A stretch of DNA of 64,000 nucleotides from positions 44,042 through 108,041 of IMG/VR virus record IMGVR_UViG_3300031998_000032; one strand, given 5' to 3'. The notes below the pieces were generated by a model. The model did no database searches, was not told the DNA's origin, and saw only the letters and a program-made list of their open reading frames with translations. This DNA is from a virus (lineage: Duplodnaviria; Heunggongvirae; Uroviricota; Caudoviricetes). The position numbers and the translations under genes were made by a program. Of the stretch, positions 1 to 8,924 are shown one piece after another. Position 1 is the first letter of the stretch, and the number at the start of each line of letters is the position of its first letter.

Positions 1-65
1 CCCTTGTAAACTGTTAATTATCAAAATCGGAACACCACTTGCGATTTGACGTACTCTCAACTTTT

Positions 66-1208
66 TTAAGGATGAGATTCTTGGGTGGCTAACGCGACTG
101 CGCTGAGAGGAAACCCAATCGGCGTCTTACTATCGCTCCCCAAATCGGAAACGCCCTTCCGATAGATGTTTATACTCGCATTCAAGTCGCGGTCTAAAAC
201 CGAATGGCATTCCGGGCAGACCCAGGTACGCTCTGACAAGCGGAGTTCCTTATAAATATACCCACAACAGGAGCAGGTCTTACTGCTCGGATAGAAGCGG
301 TCAATCTTGTGAACTACGACCCCATACTTGGATGCGACATGTTCTAATTTTAACACAAATGAACTAAAAGACAAGTCAGACATCTTGCGTCCCCAACGTT
401 TGCACATACCAGACAGATTAAGGTCTTCAAGAAATATCTCATTATACTTTCTACATAGTTCATGTGAGAGTTTCCATTGAAAATCATCACGCTTATGTTT
501 TATATTTAAAAAGAGCCGATCTAATTGTTTACGTTTACGTTCTCTATTATTGGAACCACGTGAACATTTAGATAAGTTACGGCTTAATCTGCGGTATTCA
601 TTCAGACTACCCCTGAGAAAAAGAGGACAATCAATTACATCGCCGTTAGAAAGGGTTAAGTAATGCTTTAAACCGAAATCTATACCCACGCTTGCACCCT
701 TGCGTGACTTAACGCAGGTTTGGGATTTAGCATCGGTTGTGACCACTATGAAGTATTCACCCAATCTATTTCGCTTGACGGTCACTCGTTTTATGTTACC
801 TTCAATCTCTCTTGATTTGCTGAACTTGAAAGTCTTGTGTATCTTGTTTATCGTGAATCGGTTGTCGGAGAGCCTGTAACCACCAGAGAGCTTGAAGACT
901 ATAGATGAAAATTCCTTCGCCTTCCTAAACTTCGGAGGTCTTGCGGACAAGTGCTTAAAGAATCTCTGATAACCTTCATCTTGACGTTGCAGTATCTCTT
1001 GTACAGTATTACTATGAAGATAAATTCTCTTATGTCTTTTTGCAAAATGTTTTTGCATATCTACCGCACTTATGTATTTGCCAGTCAACTGATAATACCG
1101 TTTTTGAATAGCAAGAGCCATATTCCAAACCCATGCGGCTTCACTAAGCATCTTATCTAAATACCCAGTCTTATCAGTGTTGTAGAGTTTAAAACTATAG
1201 GCTATCAT
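66..1208 (-). CDS. tnpB: IS200/IS605-family TnpB (OrfB) RNA-guided nuclease homolog
   Basis: 380 aa. RuvC-I 'GIDFGLKHY', RuvC-II region with E ('IFLEDLNLS'), C-terminal Zn finger 'CSCCGY...CPECHSVLDRDLNASINI' carrying the RuvC-III Asp. Typical TnpB N-terminus. The 3' end and any omega-RNA run off the left edge of the window. Confidence 0.85.
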   Translation of the reverse strand: MIAYSFKLYNTDKTGYLDKMLSEAAWVWNMALAIQKRYYQLTGKYISAVDMQKHFAKRHKRIYLHSNTVQEILQRQDEGYQRFFKHLSARPPKFRKAKEFSSIVFKLSGGYRLSDNRFTINKIHKTFKFSKSREIEGNIKRVTVKRNRLGEYFIVVTTDAKSQTCVKSRKGASVGIDFGLKHYLTLSNGDVIDCPLFLRGSLNEYRRLSRNLSKCSRGSNNRERKRKQLDRLFLNIKHKRDDFQWKLSHELCRKYNEIFLEDLNLSGMCKRWGRKMSDLSFSSFVLKLEHVASKYGVVVHKIDRFYPSSKTCSCCGYIYKELRLSERTWVCPECHSVLDRDLNASINIYRKGVSDLGSDSKTPIGFPLSAVALATQESHP

Positions 1209-1369
1209 AACTATAAAATCAAAATACTATCAGTTCGACAATACATTTATTTATACTTCCGCTTCATCTCTTCTTGAAATGTTTCTTTCCACTTACGATG
1301 TATTTTCGATGCAAATATAAGTGCCGGATTTACAGGTTGTTATAGGCTAATTTCGACTTTAACCTCCGT

Positions 1370-1405
1370 TATTTTGGTTATTTGTGGTTATTTGTGGTTG
1401 TTTGA
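1370..1405. repeat. Tandem direct repeats (GGTTATTTGT x3) in the 400-bp gap between the tnpB start and the integrase stop
   Basis: 'ggttatttgtggttatttgtggttgtttg' seen directly. Candidate integrase arm-type sites or IS left-end sequence. Confidence 0.5.
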
Positions 1406-1613
1406 ATTATTGATGTTTTTTAACTATTAATTGTATCCCAAAGTCAGAACGGAAAAAAGAAATCCGGCCGAGGTTCTTTTTTCTCTGTGGAGAGAGAATT
1501 TATTCTCTATCCTTCTCTTTATTTCTTCAACAATATATTATGCTAAATATATTAAACTATAAATAATATAACACACACTTTCTTTTGCTACTTTTCTTTA
1601 AATTTTGAGAATT

Positions 1614-2843
1614 TCAGAATTTATTCAGTCTATCAATCACCCGGCGGATGGTAGTATCAATCTTTGCTTGATCATTGGCGATGTAACGTGAAGTGACATT
1701 CTTTGTCCATGAATGTCCCAAACACATACCGACAGTCCTGTCACTTATGTCCAGGTCATTGACGGCAACCGACGCAAAGGTGTATCTCGCGGAGTTTGTG
1801 GTGAGGAACGGGAACAACGGATGGTACTCCAGCTTCAGCCTTCGCCCTCTCTTGTCGGGAACCTTGCTTATCGGCCCGATCTTCTTCAATGCCTTGTTGT
1901 AATGCTGAGTGAAGGTAGTATAATCAGCCATGCTGTCCATTATGTTGAGGAGATAATTCTTACCGCGGTACCGGTTGATTATCTCCATGGCCTCCGGATA
2001 GACAGGCAGGCTTATCTGTCGAATTTTGGTCGCGTTGGATTTATCGGTCTTGCGTCGCACGAATACGAGTCTGCCGTTGGTCAGTCCTTTACAAAGGAGG
2101 AGATCCCCGATGTTGATGCCGGCCAGGTAGGTGGATAAGCAGAAGATATCACGGTATATTCGCTGCCATGGCTCACACGGGTAATCACGCAATACTGCAA
2201 ACTCCTGCGCCGTCAGGTTGTCAACGGCGGTTTCTTCCTCCCGTATCGTATAGCCGTTCTTGCCGAACGGATAATTAGTCGTGACTTTGTTCGCTATGCA
2301 TTGGTTCATCACCGCCTTGATGTTACGCATCTTCTGTGCTATGCCGTTGATGGAGAGTTTGCGCTTGTCTCGCAGATAAGCCTCAAATCCTCTCAGCCAC
2401 GCCGGATTGAGTCCGTCCGGTGTGATGGTCGCGTCATACTCTCTTATGCGTACAGCGGTTAGTAAATAAAGCCTGGCGGTTGATTTCTTCTTACCTGCGG
2501 CATAATCGTCACAGAAGTCAGCCAAAGTCTTGCCGTCGGTCTTTACCTCCTGTACCTCTCTCCCGAGTATCTCGTGTTCAATCTTCTCCTTGATGGCCTG
2601 CAGGGACAATGCAGCATTCCTGTAACACAACTCATTAATGCTATCATAGCATTTGGCGAGCCAGGCTGTCTTTGCTTTGGCACCTACCTCTGATGCAGGG
2701 AAGGTAAAACCCTGGAACTTATACTTCGTATAGACTCCGGTATGTATGAACACTGTCTTATTTGCACGGCGGAGCGCTATCTTTACCGGCATGTCGCCGT
2801 TCTTCTTTGGTTTCCTTCCGTCTATATATATACTGATTTCCAT
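1614..2843 (-). CDS. int: Tyrosine recombinase / phage integrase (Bacteroides phage/CTn type)
   Basis: 409 aa. Starts 'MEISIYIDGRKPKKNGDMPVKIALR'. C-terminal catalytic region '...LGHSWTKNVTSRYIAN' (H-x-x-R ... Y) and N-terminal SAM-like domain typical of Bacteroidota integrases. Confidence 0.85.
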   Translation of the reverse strand: MEISIYIDGRKPKKNGDMPVKIALRRANKTVFIHTGVYTKYKFQGFTFPASEVGAKAKTAWLAKCYDSINELCYRNAALSLQAIKEKIEHEILGREVQEVKTDGKTLADFCDDYAAGKKKSTARLYLLTAVRIREYDATITPDGLNPAWLRGFEAYLRDKRKLSINGIAQKMRNIKAVMNQCIANKVTTNYPFGKNGYTIREEETAVDNLTAQEFAVLRDYPCEPWQRIYRDIFCLSTYLAGINIGDLLLCKGLTNGRLVFVRRKTDKSNATKIRQISLPVYPEAMEIINRYRGKNYLLNIMDSMADYTTFTQHYNKALKKIGPISKVPDKRGRRLKLEYHPLFPFLTTNSARYTFASVAVNDLDISDRTVGMCLGHSWTKNVTSRYIANDQAKIDTTIRRVIDRLNKF

Positions 2844-3096
2844 ATAGTTACGATTTGTTGTTGAGAATGATGCAACGCATTTTGTTGCACGGATTTTTGC
2901 ACAGCTAATAAGGAAAACAACCTAAAATAGCCTATAAAACCCTATATAAATAAGGTTTTTTTTATACTGAAATCGCACGTTATGGAGGGGTAAAATCAGT
3001 TGTAAATAACTGATAAATAACTGATTGCGTGTTGAGCGATAGACGAGACTCGAACTCGCGACTTTTGGCTTGGGAATAATATTCCATATTTGTAAG

Positions 3097-3513
3097 TTAC
3101 TCATTATTAGTATCGTCCGACTGTGTATCATCGTGGTCGCACGTTTTTTGCACGGATTCGGCATTGTTAGCCTGCCGATATAGATCCTGCATTCCTCTGG
3201 TGCAATCCATAAACTGTTTCCATACTTCTATTATCTTGTCGCTGTTGGGCGGCATATTGAGGGTCTTGAAGACTTGTTCCGGTTGAATGCCGTCAGTAGT
3301 TAGCATATTACCTACGCCTCGCATAAGCCACTCTGCGGAGAGATCAGAGTATCTATTTAGAATCTTTTCTATATTGTCGCTTCTCAATGTGGTCCCGTTA
3401 TTGATGGCTTTTCCTATAAGGCCATTGGATAAACCACAGTCTGTTTCCACCCTGTTAAACGCAATTCTTTTTAATTCCAGGTATTCAGCTAACCTGTCAG
3501 TCATATTTCCCAT
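3097..3513 (-). CDS. XRE/CI-like HTH transcriptional repressor (start probably at internal Met, ~3513 or 3504)
   Basis: HTH ending in '...NRYSDLSAEWLMRG', the classic CI/Cro XRE-domain terminus. Diverges from the + strand early genes, as in a lysogeny switch. The ORF-track N-terminal extension to 3654 is probably not coding. Confidence 0.6.
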   Translation of the reverse strand: MGNMTDRLAEYLELKRIAFNRVETDCGLSNGLIGKAINNGTTLRSDNIEKILNRYSDLSAEWLMRGVGNMLTTDGIQPEQVFKTLNMPPNSDKIIEVWKQFMDCTRGMQDLYRQANNAESVQKTCDHDDTQSDDTNNE

Positions 3514-3733
3514 ATTCTTAATAATTGTTAAACTCGGAAACTTTTCCGTATTAGTCTTTGCAGAATAAGGAAAACTCCCTACCTTAGCCCTCAGTAAACG
3601 AACAAACCGATGTGTATAGAAAGGGCTGGCGAAGAGTAAATCCCCTCGTAGCAATATCCAGACCGCAAAGGTGGGTATTTATTCTGAGTCAGCCAAATAC
3701 ACGCGAAAGTTTTCTAAAACATTAACAGAGTAA

Positions 3734-3961
3734 ATGAACGTAGTAACAGAAGATCTCAGAAAAATGAAGCCGGGGCAGATAAAGCCATTCCTCTGTGAGG
3801 ATGCATTCCATTTAGATACTGCCTCCACCCTCGTCTCCCGTATCAAGCGTTTGGGTATGCCCGAAGGTGTGGTAGATTTCGAGGTTCAGAAATTCTTCGA
3901 TGACAATATCATCCTGATACACGCGATGGGTGAGACCTGTACGAAGGTCTTGAATAAATAA
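3734..3961 (+). CDS. hypothetical small protein (first gene divergent from the repressor; cro-position)
   Basis: 75-aa ORF placed opposite the repressor. No recognisable motif. Confidence 0.35.
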   Translation: MNVVTEDLRKMKPGQIKPFLCEDAFHLDTASTLVSRIKRLGMPEGVVDFEVQKFFDDNIILIHAMGETCTKVLNK

Positions 3962-3980
3962 CGATCAAAATTGGTGTGGT

Positions 3981-4286
3981 ATGACTGATTATGAAATGCG
4001 CCAGATGGCGGACCTGATTGTCTCAGGATTTGCAGAACGCTTAAAGACCGATGATGAGCTTGCGGAGCAATTGTTCCCTTCCAAGCCTATGAGTATCGAT
4101 GAAGCATCATCATGGTCAGGTATACCCGTAGGTACATTATATCAGAAGGCTGATGAAATACCTCACTCCAAGGTGGGTAAGAGGCTTGTGTTCACCGAAC
4201 GCGGTCTCATGAGTTGGATTAAGGCCAACCAACCATCAAAGAGTGTGGAATTCACCAGCCCTCTTCGTCTCGTAGTCAATGGATAA
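3981..4286 (+). CDS. HTH-domain DNA-binding protein (mobile-element type)
   Basis: 101 aa. Pattern '...SIDEASSWSGIPVGTLYQKADEIPHSKVGKRLVFTE' resembles Bacteroides mobile-element excisionase-family HTH proteins. Confidence 0.4.
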   Translation: MTDYEMRQMADLIVSGFAERLKTDDELAEQLFPSKPMSIDEASSWSGIPVGTLYQKADEIPHSKVGKRLVFTERGLMSWIKANQPSKSVEFTSPLRLVVNG

Positions 4287-4476
4287 GACGAAGATAATGC
4301 CGGTGGAGCGCATATGGCTCACTACACGTGACTGTATGGATTATCTTGGGGTCAAGCGTGACTTCATAGATGATTTGCGTGAGAGCGGCAGACTGAGTTA
4401 CCACAAGATCGGCCACACCGTTTTTGTGAAGAAAACAGACCTCGACAGGCTCATTGAGCAAGGAAAGGTGATTTAA
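4279..4476 (+). CDS. Excisionase-family (MerR-like) HTH protein
   Basis: 65 aa. 'RIWLTTRDCMDYLGVKRDFIDDLRESGRLSYHKIGHTVFVKKTDLDRLIE' is a typical excisionase-family HTH. Confidence 0.5.
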   Translation: MDKTKIMPVERIWLTTRDCMDYLGVKRDFIDDLRESGRLSYHKIGHTVFVKKTDLDRLIEQGKVI

Positions 4477-4812
4477 ATAGCTCTTTAACATATCAGAAGG
4501 CTCAGTACAGAGCTTAGAGAGGAGACACGAGTGGGTTACGTGCTAACCCGACTGACAATGGACTGCGAGACAGTCCGCCGATGCAGGAAGGACCTGCATA
4601 CCTCTTGACAGATGCAGCCCATGCGTCCAGGCTGAAAACCGATTGTAGGTGAATAGGTAAAATGGGTTGGCGGAGACAACCGCCTATACTGAAGGGGAGA
4701 AATCCCTGAAAGAAAAACATAAGGCTAAGAAAATCTCAGGGGTTGGCATGGCTATTAAACTGCAGGTCACGCTGCACGCCCCAAAAACATAAGCCGGTCA
4801 CAAGCCGGCGGC

Positions 4813-4884
4813 GAGAATATAGCTCAGATGGTAGAGCGATGGGGACTAACCCATGCGTCGCGGGTTCGAGCCCCGCTATTCTCA
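4813..4884 (+). tRNA. tRNA-like gene with a clean cloverleaf except a 6-nt anticodon loop 'GACUAA' containing CUA (or a 4-bp stem with an 8-nt loop)
   Basis: Acceptor gagaata/tattctc, D-arm 'tagctcagatggtagagc', T-arm 'gcggg-ttcgagc-cccgc', 5-nt variable loop. Total 72 nt, one short of canonical. Confidence 0.5.
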
Positions 4885-5029
4885 CACAACTTCTTTTTTT
4901 CGCAAGGTTTGGAATGTAGCAGACCCATAAAAGTCCGTGAGGATCAGGGTTTAGTAAATCGCTTTTTTGGCAATAATTGATTAGTAATTAAGTTTGTTGA
5001 AGTCAGCATTGGATGCTCACGGAGACACC

Positions 5030-5129
5030 CCGAATATGGCGGAATGGTAGACGCGGCAGGTTGGAAGATAGCCCACCAACATAATGCGCCCGTGGGCTGG
5101 GCTTGCAAGTTCGAGTCTTGCTATTCGGG
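5030..5129 (+). tRNA. Type-II (Leu-like) tRNA-like gene with a non-foldable or expanded anticodon region, possible pseudogene
   Basis: Acceptor ccgaata/tattcgg, Leu-type D-arm 'ggcggaatggtagacgc', long variable hairpin 'gcccgtgggc', T-arm 'gcaag-ttcgagt-cttgc'. No 5-7-5 anticodon arm can be drawn; the best is ttgg/ccaa around an 11-nt loop. Total ~100 nt. Confidence 0.35.
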
Positions 5130-5295
5130 CACTACTTGTAAGGTAGGAATATCAATTCTATACTGAAAACTTGTGGTATGCAATCGCCTGTGAAGGTAAT
5201 TCAACCCGGGCGGATAGGGCCGATAACTCTCTCCGCTCACGAATCCCGACCGGATTCGTTATATTCATAAATGTATTATTAGATGGTTATTTGAA

Positions 5296-5328
5296 AAGGG
5301 CCGCTCGTGAGAGTCGCCCTTTTTTTAT
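5296..5328 (+). terminator. Rho-independent terminator after the tRNA cluster
   Basis: 'agggccgctcgtgagagtcgccct' hairpin followed by TTTTTTT. Confidence 0.5.
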
Positions 5329-5342
5329 TTATCAAATAAAAC

Positions 5343-5528
5343 ATGAATTGGTCTGATAAAGCAAAAGAGATAGCTGAGAACATCTACGACAATATGCATC
5401 GCCCTGCTCCGTCTCAAAGCAAAGAACATTTGATAGAGATGCTCGAGAAAGCGGCCATACAAGGTATGGAGCATGAACTCAATCTGTGGATGAACCGGCC
5501 AAAGAAAGAAACAACCGAAAATATATAG
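5343..5528 (+). CDS. hypothetical protein (61 aa)
   Basis: ORF only. Confidence 0.3.
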   Translation: MNWSDKAKEIAENIYDNMHRPAPSQSKEHLIEMLEKAAIQGMEHELNLWMNRPKKETTENI

Positions 5529-5530
5529 AT

Positions 5531-5935
5531 ATGAAACATGATCAAGTGATTTTAGGCCAGCCGCCTTCAAAATCCAACTGCTACAAGGTAATCACCATAG
5601 GTGGGCATGGTAGTTTGGGAAAGACTTCTGCACTATATGCCTATGAGAAATCTTTTGCTCTGCAGTGTGGCGCTTATCGCGACCGGATGATAGAAGGTTT
5701 CTTCAAGATGGATATCGATGTCTATTTTCAGTCGAATCAGCCAGACCTTGACAATGCTATGAAAGTGGTATTAGATTGCCTCCAAAACTGCAAGGCTATC
5801 AAAAACGACCGGCAGTGTACTGAGATCCATGCACGGAAATTCATCGATAAGAATAATCCAAGGATTGAGTTTACTCTCACTGAGGTTTATGGCGTTGAGA
5901 AAAGAGATTCACAAGCACCTACTTTATTTGATTAA
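5531..5935 (+). CDS. rusA: RusA-like Holliday-junction resolvase
   Basis: 'ILGQPPSKSNCYKV' (RusA PPS-N motif) and 'DLDNAMKVVLDCL' (RusA DLDN catalytic motif). Start reassigned to the ATG at 5531, after the upstream ORF's stop. Confidence 0.55.
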   Translation: MKHDQVILGQPPSKSNCYKVITIGGHGSLGKTSALYAYEKSFALQCGAYRDRMIEGFFKMDIDVYFQSNQPDLDNAMKVVLDCLQNCKAIKNDRQCTEIHARKFIDKNNPRIEFTLTEVYGVEKRDSQAPTLFD

Positions 5936-5938
5936 AAA

Positions 5939-6136
5939 ATGATAGACGTAATTGCGATAATCAAGGATATAGAGCAAGTGCGACGCTCCCAAAACATAGA
6001 CCCTCCTTTTGTTCTCCATACAGAGATACAGAATGAGGTTAATAAGAGGTTAAAGGAAGAACTCAACAAAGCTGTCGCTGACGGTGTGTTGGAGTTTCAC
6101 CGCACACTCAATGACATAAGTTTTAACACGAAATAA
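5939..6136 (+). CDS. hypothetical protein (65 aa)
   Basis: ORF only. Confidence 0.3.
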   Translation: MIDVIAIIKDIEQVRRSQNIDPPFVLHTEIQNEVNKRLKEELNKAVADGVLEFHRTLNDISFNTK

Positions 6137-6137
6137 T

Positions 6138-6830
6138 ATGGCAGACAAGAAAGAAAAAACCGAGAATCTCCGATTTTACGAGAGACTCAAAGTGGTGCCG
6201 GAAGAAGCAAAGAAAACGATACAAGGAGGTTCTTTGTCAGGCATGACTGATATCAATCCCCAATACCGTATAGGTATAATGACAGAGGTGTTCGGGCCTT
6301 GCGGTATAGGTTGGAAGTATGAGATTACGAAACAATGGACTGAGACATACGATCAGGAGGTCAAGGCATTCACCAACATCAACCTTTACATAAAGGACGG
6401 AGACCAATGGAGTGAGCCTATCCCTGGTACCGGCGGTTCATCTGCAGTATCCAAGACATCAAAAGGCTATTTCGTTATCAGCGACGAGCATTACAAGATG
6501 TCACTCACAGATGCTCTGTCGGTTGCTATGAAAGCCTTGGGTGTTGCAGGTGATGTTTATTTCGGAAAGGGGATAAAATTCTTCGACACCAAATACGAAC
6601 AGGTTTCTTCGCAACAACCGCAACCTCAACCGCAACCGCAACAGGGTGGAGGCGTGACACAGCAATCTCTGACACCTATGCCGGAAATCCTCAATCAGAT
6701 CGCTCAGGCGCAGGACCTGAAACAGCTTACTGCGATATACAACTCCAATCCTCAGTATCAGAGGAACGCACAGTTCACCGGAGCCCTCACTGCGAGAAAA
6801 GATCAGATAAACGGAAACAACAAGTCTTGA
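6138..6830 (+). CDS. Rad52/Sak-like single-strand annealing protein (putative)
   Basis: 'INPQYRIGIMTEVFGPCGIGWKYEI' resembles the Rad52-like SSAP core. Q/P-rich flexible C-terminus. Sits beside an exonuclease. Confidence 0.4.
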   Translation: MADKKEKTENLRFYERLKVVPEEAKKTIQGGSLSGMTDINPQYRIGIMTEVFGPCGIGWKYEITKQWTETYDQEVKAFTNINLYIKDGDQWSEPIPGTGGSSAVSKTSKGYFVISDEHYKMSLTDALSVAMKALGVAGDVYFGKGIKFFDTKYEQVSSQQPQPQPQPQQGGGVTQQSLTPMPEILNQIAQAQDLKQLTAIYNSNPQYQRNAQFTGALTARKDQINGNNKS

Positions 6831-6831
6831 T

Positions 6832-7752
6832 ATGGAAAAGCCACGACTCAAACAGTCACCGGTGGTGTTCAAGAGTGACACGCATCAGTATTTTCTGGGG
6901 GATAAGGAGCTGAAGGGCATCACGCAGACCCTCATCAGCCGAGCCTTCCCGGATACCTATAAGAAACCCGACTTCTACACTGACGAGCAATGGCAGGAGA
7001 TACTCTCCAATGCAGCAGCTAAAGGAAGCGTGGTTCATGAGACCATTGAGCTCTATGACGAACTTGGTGTGAGCAGTGATTTGCCCGAGCTGCAGAGTTA
7101 TATGCGTATCATGGCGGAGAATGGTTTCTCCGTACTTGCAACAGAGTATGTTGTCAGCGACGAGAAAAATTACGCCACAGCTATCGACAAGGTAGTCATG
7201 GACTCTTATGGTAATATTTACCTCATAGATTTCAAACGCACCTTCGATTTGCATATCGATAACGTCACACTGCAGCAGAGTCTGTGTAAACGGTGGTTTG
7301 AGAAGTTAAACCCGGATCTTTGTATCTCAGGCATATATGTGATGTGGCTGCGGGATGACAAGAGCAAATTCGTCAGACTGACGCCATGGGCTGATGAGCC
7401 GTTGGATGAGCTCATAGAGGCGGATCTCAATGATAAGCCCTTTGATATCCAAAAGACGTTCGGTGAGCTGCCAGCAAGGGTTTATGAAGTGCAGGAGTAT
7501 CTCTCCCAATTGGACGCCGAAGTCAAGGAAAAGACAGAGAAACTAAAGCAAATAAAAGACGGTCTGTGTCAGATGATGCTCGACCGAGGCATCAAGAAAT
7601 TCTCAACGGATATTCTTCAGATGACCACGGTGACTCCCAAACCTAAGAAGTCGTTTGACAGCAAGACCTTTGCCGCAGAGCATCCCGATCTATACGAAAA
7701 GTATCTGAAAGAAAGCGAGGTGAGTCCGAGCATAAGAATCACATTCAAATGA
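6832..7752 (+). CDS. PD-(D/E)xK-family nuclease, putative recombination exonuclease partner of the SSAP
   Basis: 306 aa. '...GSVVHETIE...NIYLIDFKRT' D/E-K-like motif. Position directly after the annealing-protein gene. Confidence 0.35.
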   Translation: MEKPRLKQSPVVFKSDTHQYFLGDKELKGITQTLISRAFPDTYKKPDFYTDEQWQEILSNAAAKGSVVHETIELYDELGVSSDLPELQSYMRIMAENGFSVLATEYVVSDEKNYATAIDKVVMDSYGNIYLIDFKRTFDLHIDNVTLQQSLCKRWFEKLNPDLCISGIYVMWLRDDKSKFVRLTPWADEPLDELIEADLNDKPFDIQKTFGELPARVYEVQEYLSQLDAEVKEKTEKLKQIKDGLCQMMLDRGIKKFSTDILQMTTVTPKPKKSFDSKTFAAEHPDLYEKYLKESEVSPSIRITFK

Positions 7753-8183
7753 AACTGAATTTAGTAGTTACGGATATGGGATTTATCCCAGCCACAGACG
7801 ATGACAAGGAGCAGATAAAGCATCTCAAGCGTGGCACGATAGTCGAAGGCGTGATAAAGGAATACCGCAACTACAAGTTCTTGCGGAAATACTTCTCGCT
7901 CATCAACTGCGCATGGGAGTATTTGACCGAAAAGCAACAGGATTTCTTCTATAACAGCAAGGAGTCCTTCCGCAAGACCGTAGAGATTGCCGCAGGGCAT
8001 TGCGAGCCGGTCTATAACAGAACAAGGAACGAATGGTTGGATATGCCGAAGTCTATAGCGTTTGACAAGCTAACCGAGAGCGAATTTGATGCTCTCTACG
8101 AGCGTGTAAAGGATGTGCTGTATCAGTTATTCATTCCTGATATCAACAAGGATGAGTTTGAAAAAGAACTCATGTGGTTTTAA
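7749..8183 (+). CDS. hypothetical protein (144 aa)
   Basis: ORF only. Confidence 0.35.
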   Translation: MKLNLVVTDMGFIPATDDDKEQIKHLKRGTIVEGVIKEYRNYKFLRKYFSLINCAWEYLTEKQQDFFYNSKESFRKTVEIAAGHCEPVYNRTRNEWLDMPKSIAFDKLTESEFDALYERVKDVLYQLFIPDINKDEFEKELMWF

Positions 8184-8202
8184 ATCAACAATCATTATAA
8201 TT

Positions 8203-8595
8203 ATGGATGTAATCATCAAAGGTTTTGTAACCAAAGTCCTCCCTCTCGAGGAAGGAGTATCACCGAGGACAGGTAATCCCTGGGCCCGTCAGTCTGTCGT
8301 TCTTCAGCATGAAGCCGGTCAGTATCCCAAGAGTATTGTTTTTGATGTCAGCGGCAAAGAGCGCATCAACAACATGGCATTCACCGAAGGTGAGGAAGTA
8401 ACAGTTCATCTGGGAATCAACACTCGTGAGTATCAGGGTAAGTTCTTCAATCAGGTAGAATGCTGGAAGGTGGAAAGAGGACAGCAGGCTCAGGCGGCAC
8501 CAGCACCTCAGGCAGCACCAGCACCTCAGGCACAAGCAGCTCCGGCTCCACAAGCTGCACCTCAGCAACAGAGTGGCGATAGTTTACCATTCTGA
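8203..8595 (+). CDS. ssb: Single-stranded DNA-binding protein-like (OB fold, AP/Q linker, C-terminal acidic tip ending -SLPF)
   Basis: Ends 'QQQSGDSLPF', like the SSB D-(I/L)-PF tail, after a low-complexity 'AQAAPAPQAAPAPQ' linker. Start taken at the ATG at 8203; the upstream ORF-track part overlaps the previous gene. Confidence 0.5.
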   Translation: MDVIIKGFVTKVLPLEEGVSPRTGNPWARQSVVLQHEAGQYPKSIVFDVSGKERINNMAFTEGEEVTVHLGINTREYQGKFFNQVECWKVERGQQAQAAPAPQAAPAPQAQAAPAPQAAPQQQSGDSLPF

Positions 8596-8649
8596 GGTAT
8601 TTAGTCCGGACGGATGTGATAGTCCATCCGGACACCAATCATTCGACCT

Positions 8650-8922
8650 ATGAACGAAATAGACTTCACACAGAAATTCGCCTTTGATTTCATATATAAG
8701 GCTCCTGAGGGATACGAGGAATTCAACACCGATTGGTTTCTATCACCTTCAGGTGATATGATATGCAGACGTGGCGGTTATCAGATAGCGCATGATATTC
8801 TTCCTGTAACCAACTGGCCCGAACACCTTATGGAGAAACGTTGGTTTGATGGCAACACATTCCTGCCAGCTTATTTTGAGGCTTGTAGGCGGGCCGGTAT
8901 CACGACAATAAGAATTATGTGA
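8650..8922 (+). CDS. hypothetical protein (90 aa)
   Basis: ORF only. Confidence 0.35.
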   Translation: MNEIDFTQKFAFDFIYKAPEGYEEFNTDWFLSPSGDMICRRGGYQIAHDILPVTNWPEHLMEKRWFDGNTFLPAYFEACRRAGITTIRIM

Positions 8923-8924
8923 TA

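Noticed and set aside
1713-2138. Antisense ORFs inside well-supported genes (e.g. 1713-2138 + within int; 12140-12593 - within the primase-helicase; 28477-28827 and 29037-29334 + within the FtsK gene; 60037-61768 + within terL)
   Set aside because: They lie opposite strongly supported, motif-bearing coding regions and have low-complexity or Cys/Arg/Ser-rich composition typical of antisense frames.
4500-4805. tmRNA or RNase P RNA identity for the structured region upstream of the tRNAs
   Set aside because: No 5' GGGG/3' acceptor pairing and no tag-peptide reading frame ending in a stop, so not tmRNA. The conserved RNase P P4/CR-I motifs (AGGAAAGUCCGGGCUCC, ACAGAAA) are absent.
4813-4884. CUA-containing anticodon loop, implying amber-suppressor tRNA and genetic-code reassignment (as in some crAss-like phages)
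   Set aside because: All large genes in the window (terL, portal, primase-helicase, integrase) are read as long uninterrupted ORFs under the standard code, so nothing suggests in-frame TAG recoding. The anomaly is kept as a finding but not called a suppressor.
8113-8202. Upstream part of the SSB-like ORF (MCCISYSFLISTRMSLKKNS...)
   Set aside because: It overlaps the end of the preceding gene and does not look like protein. The OB-fold sequence begins at the Met at 8203.
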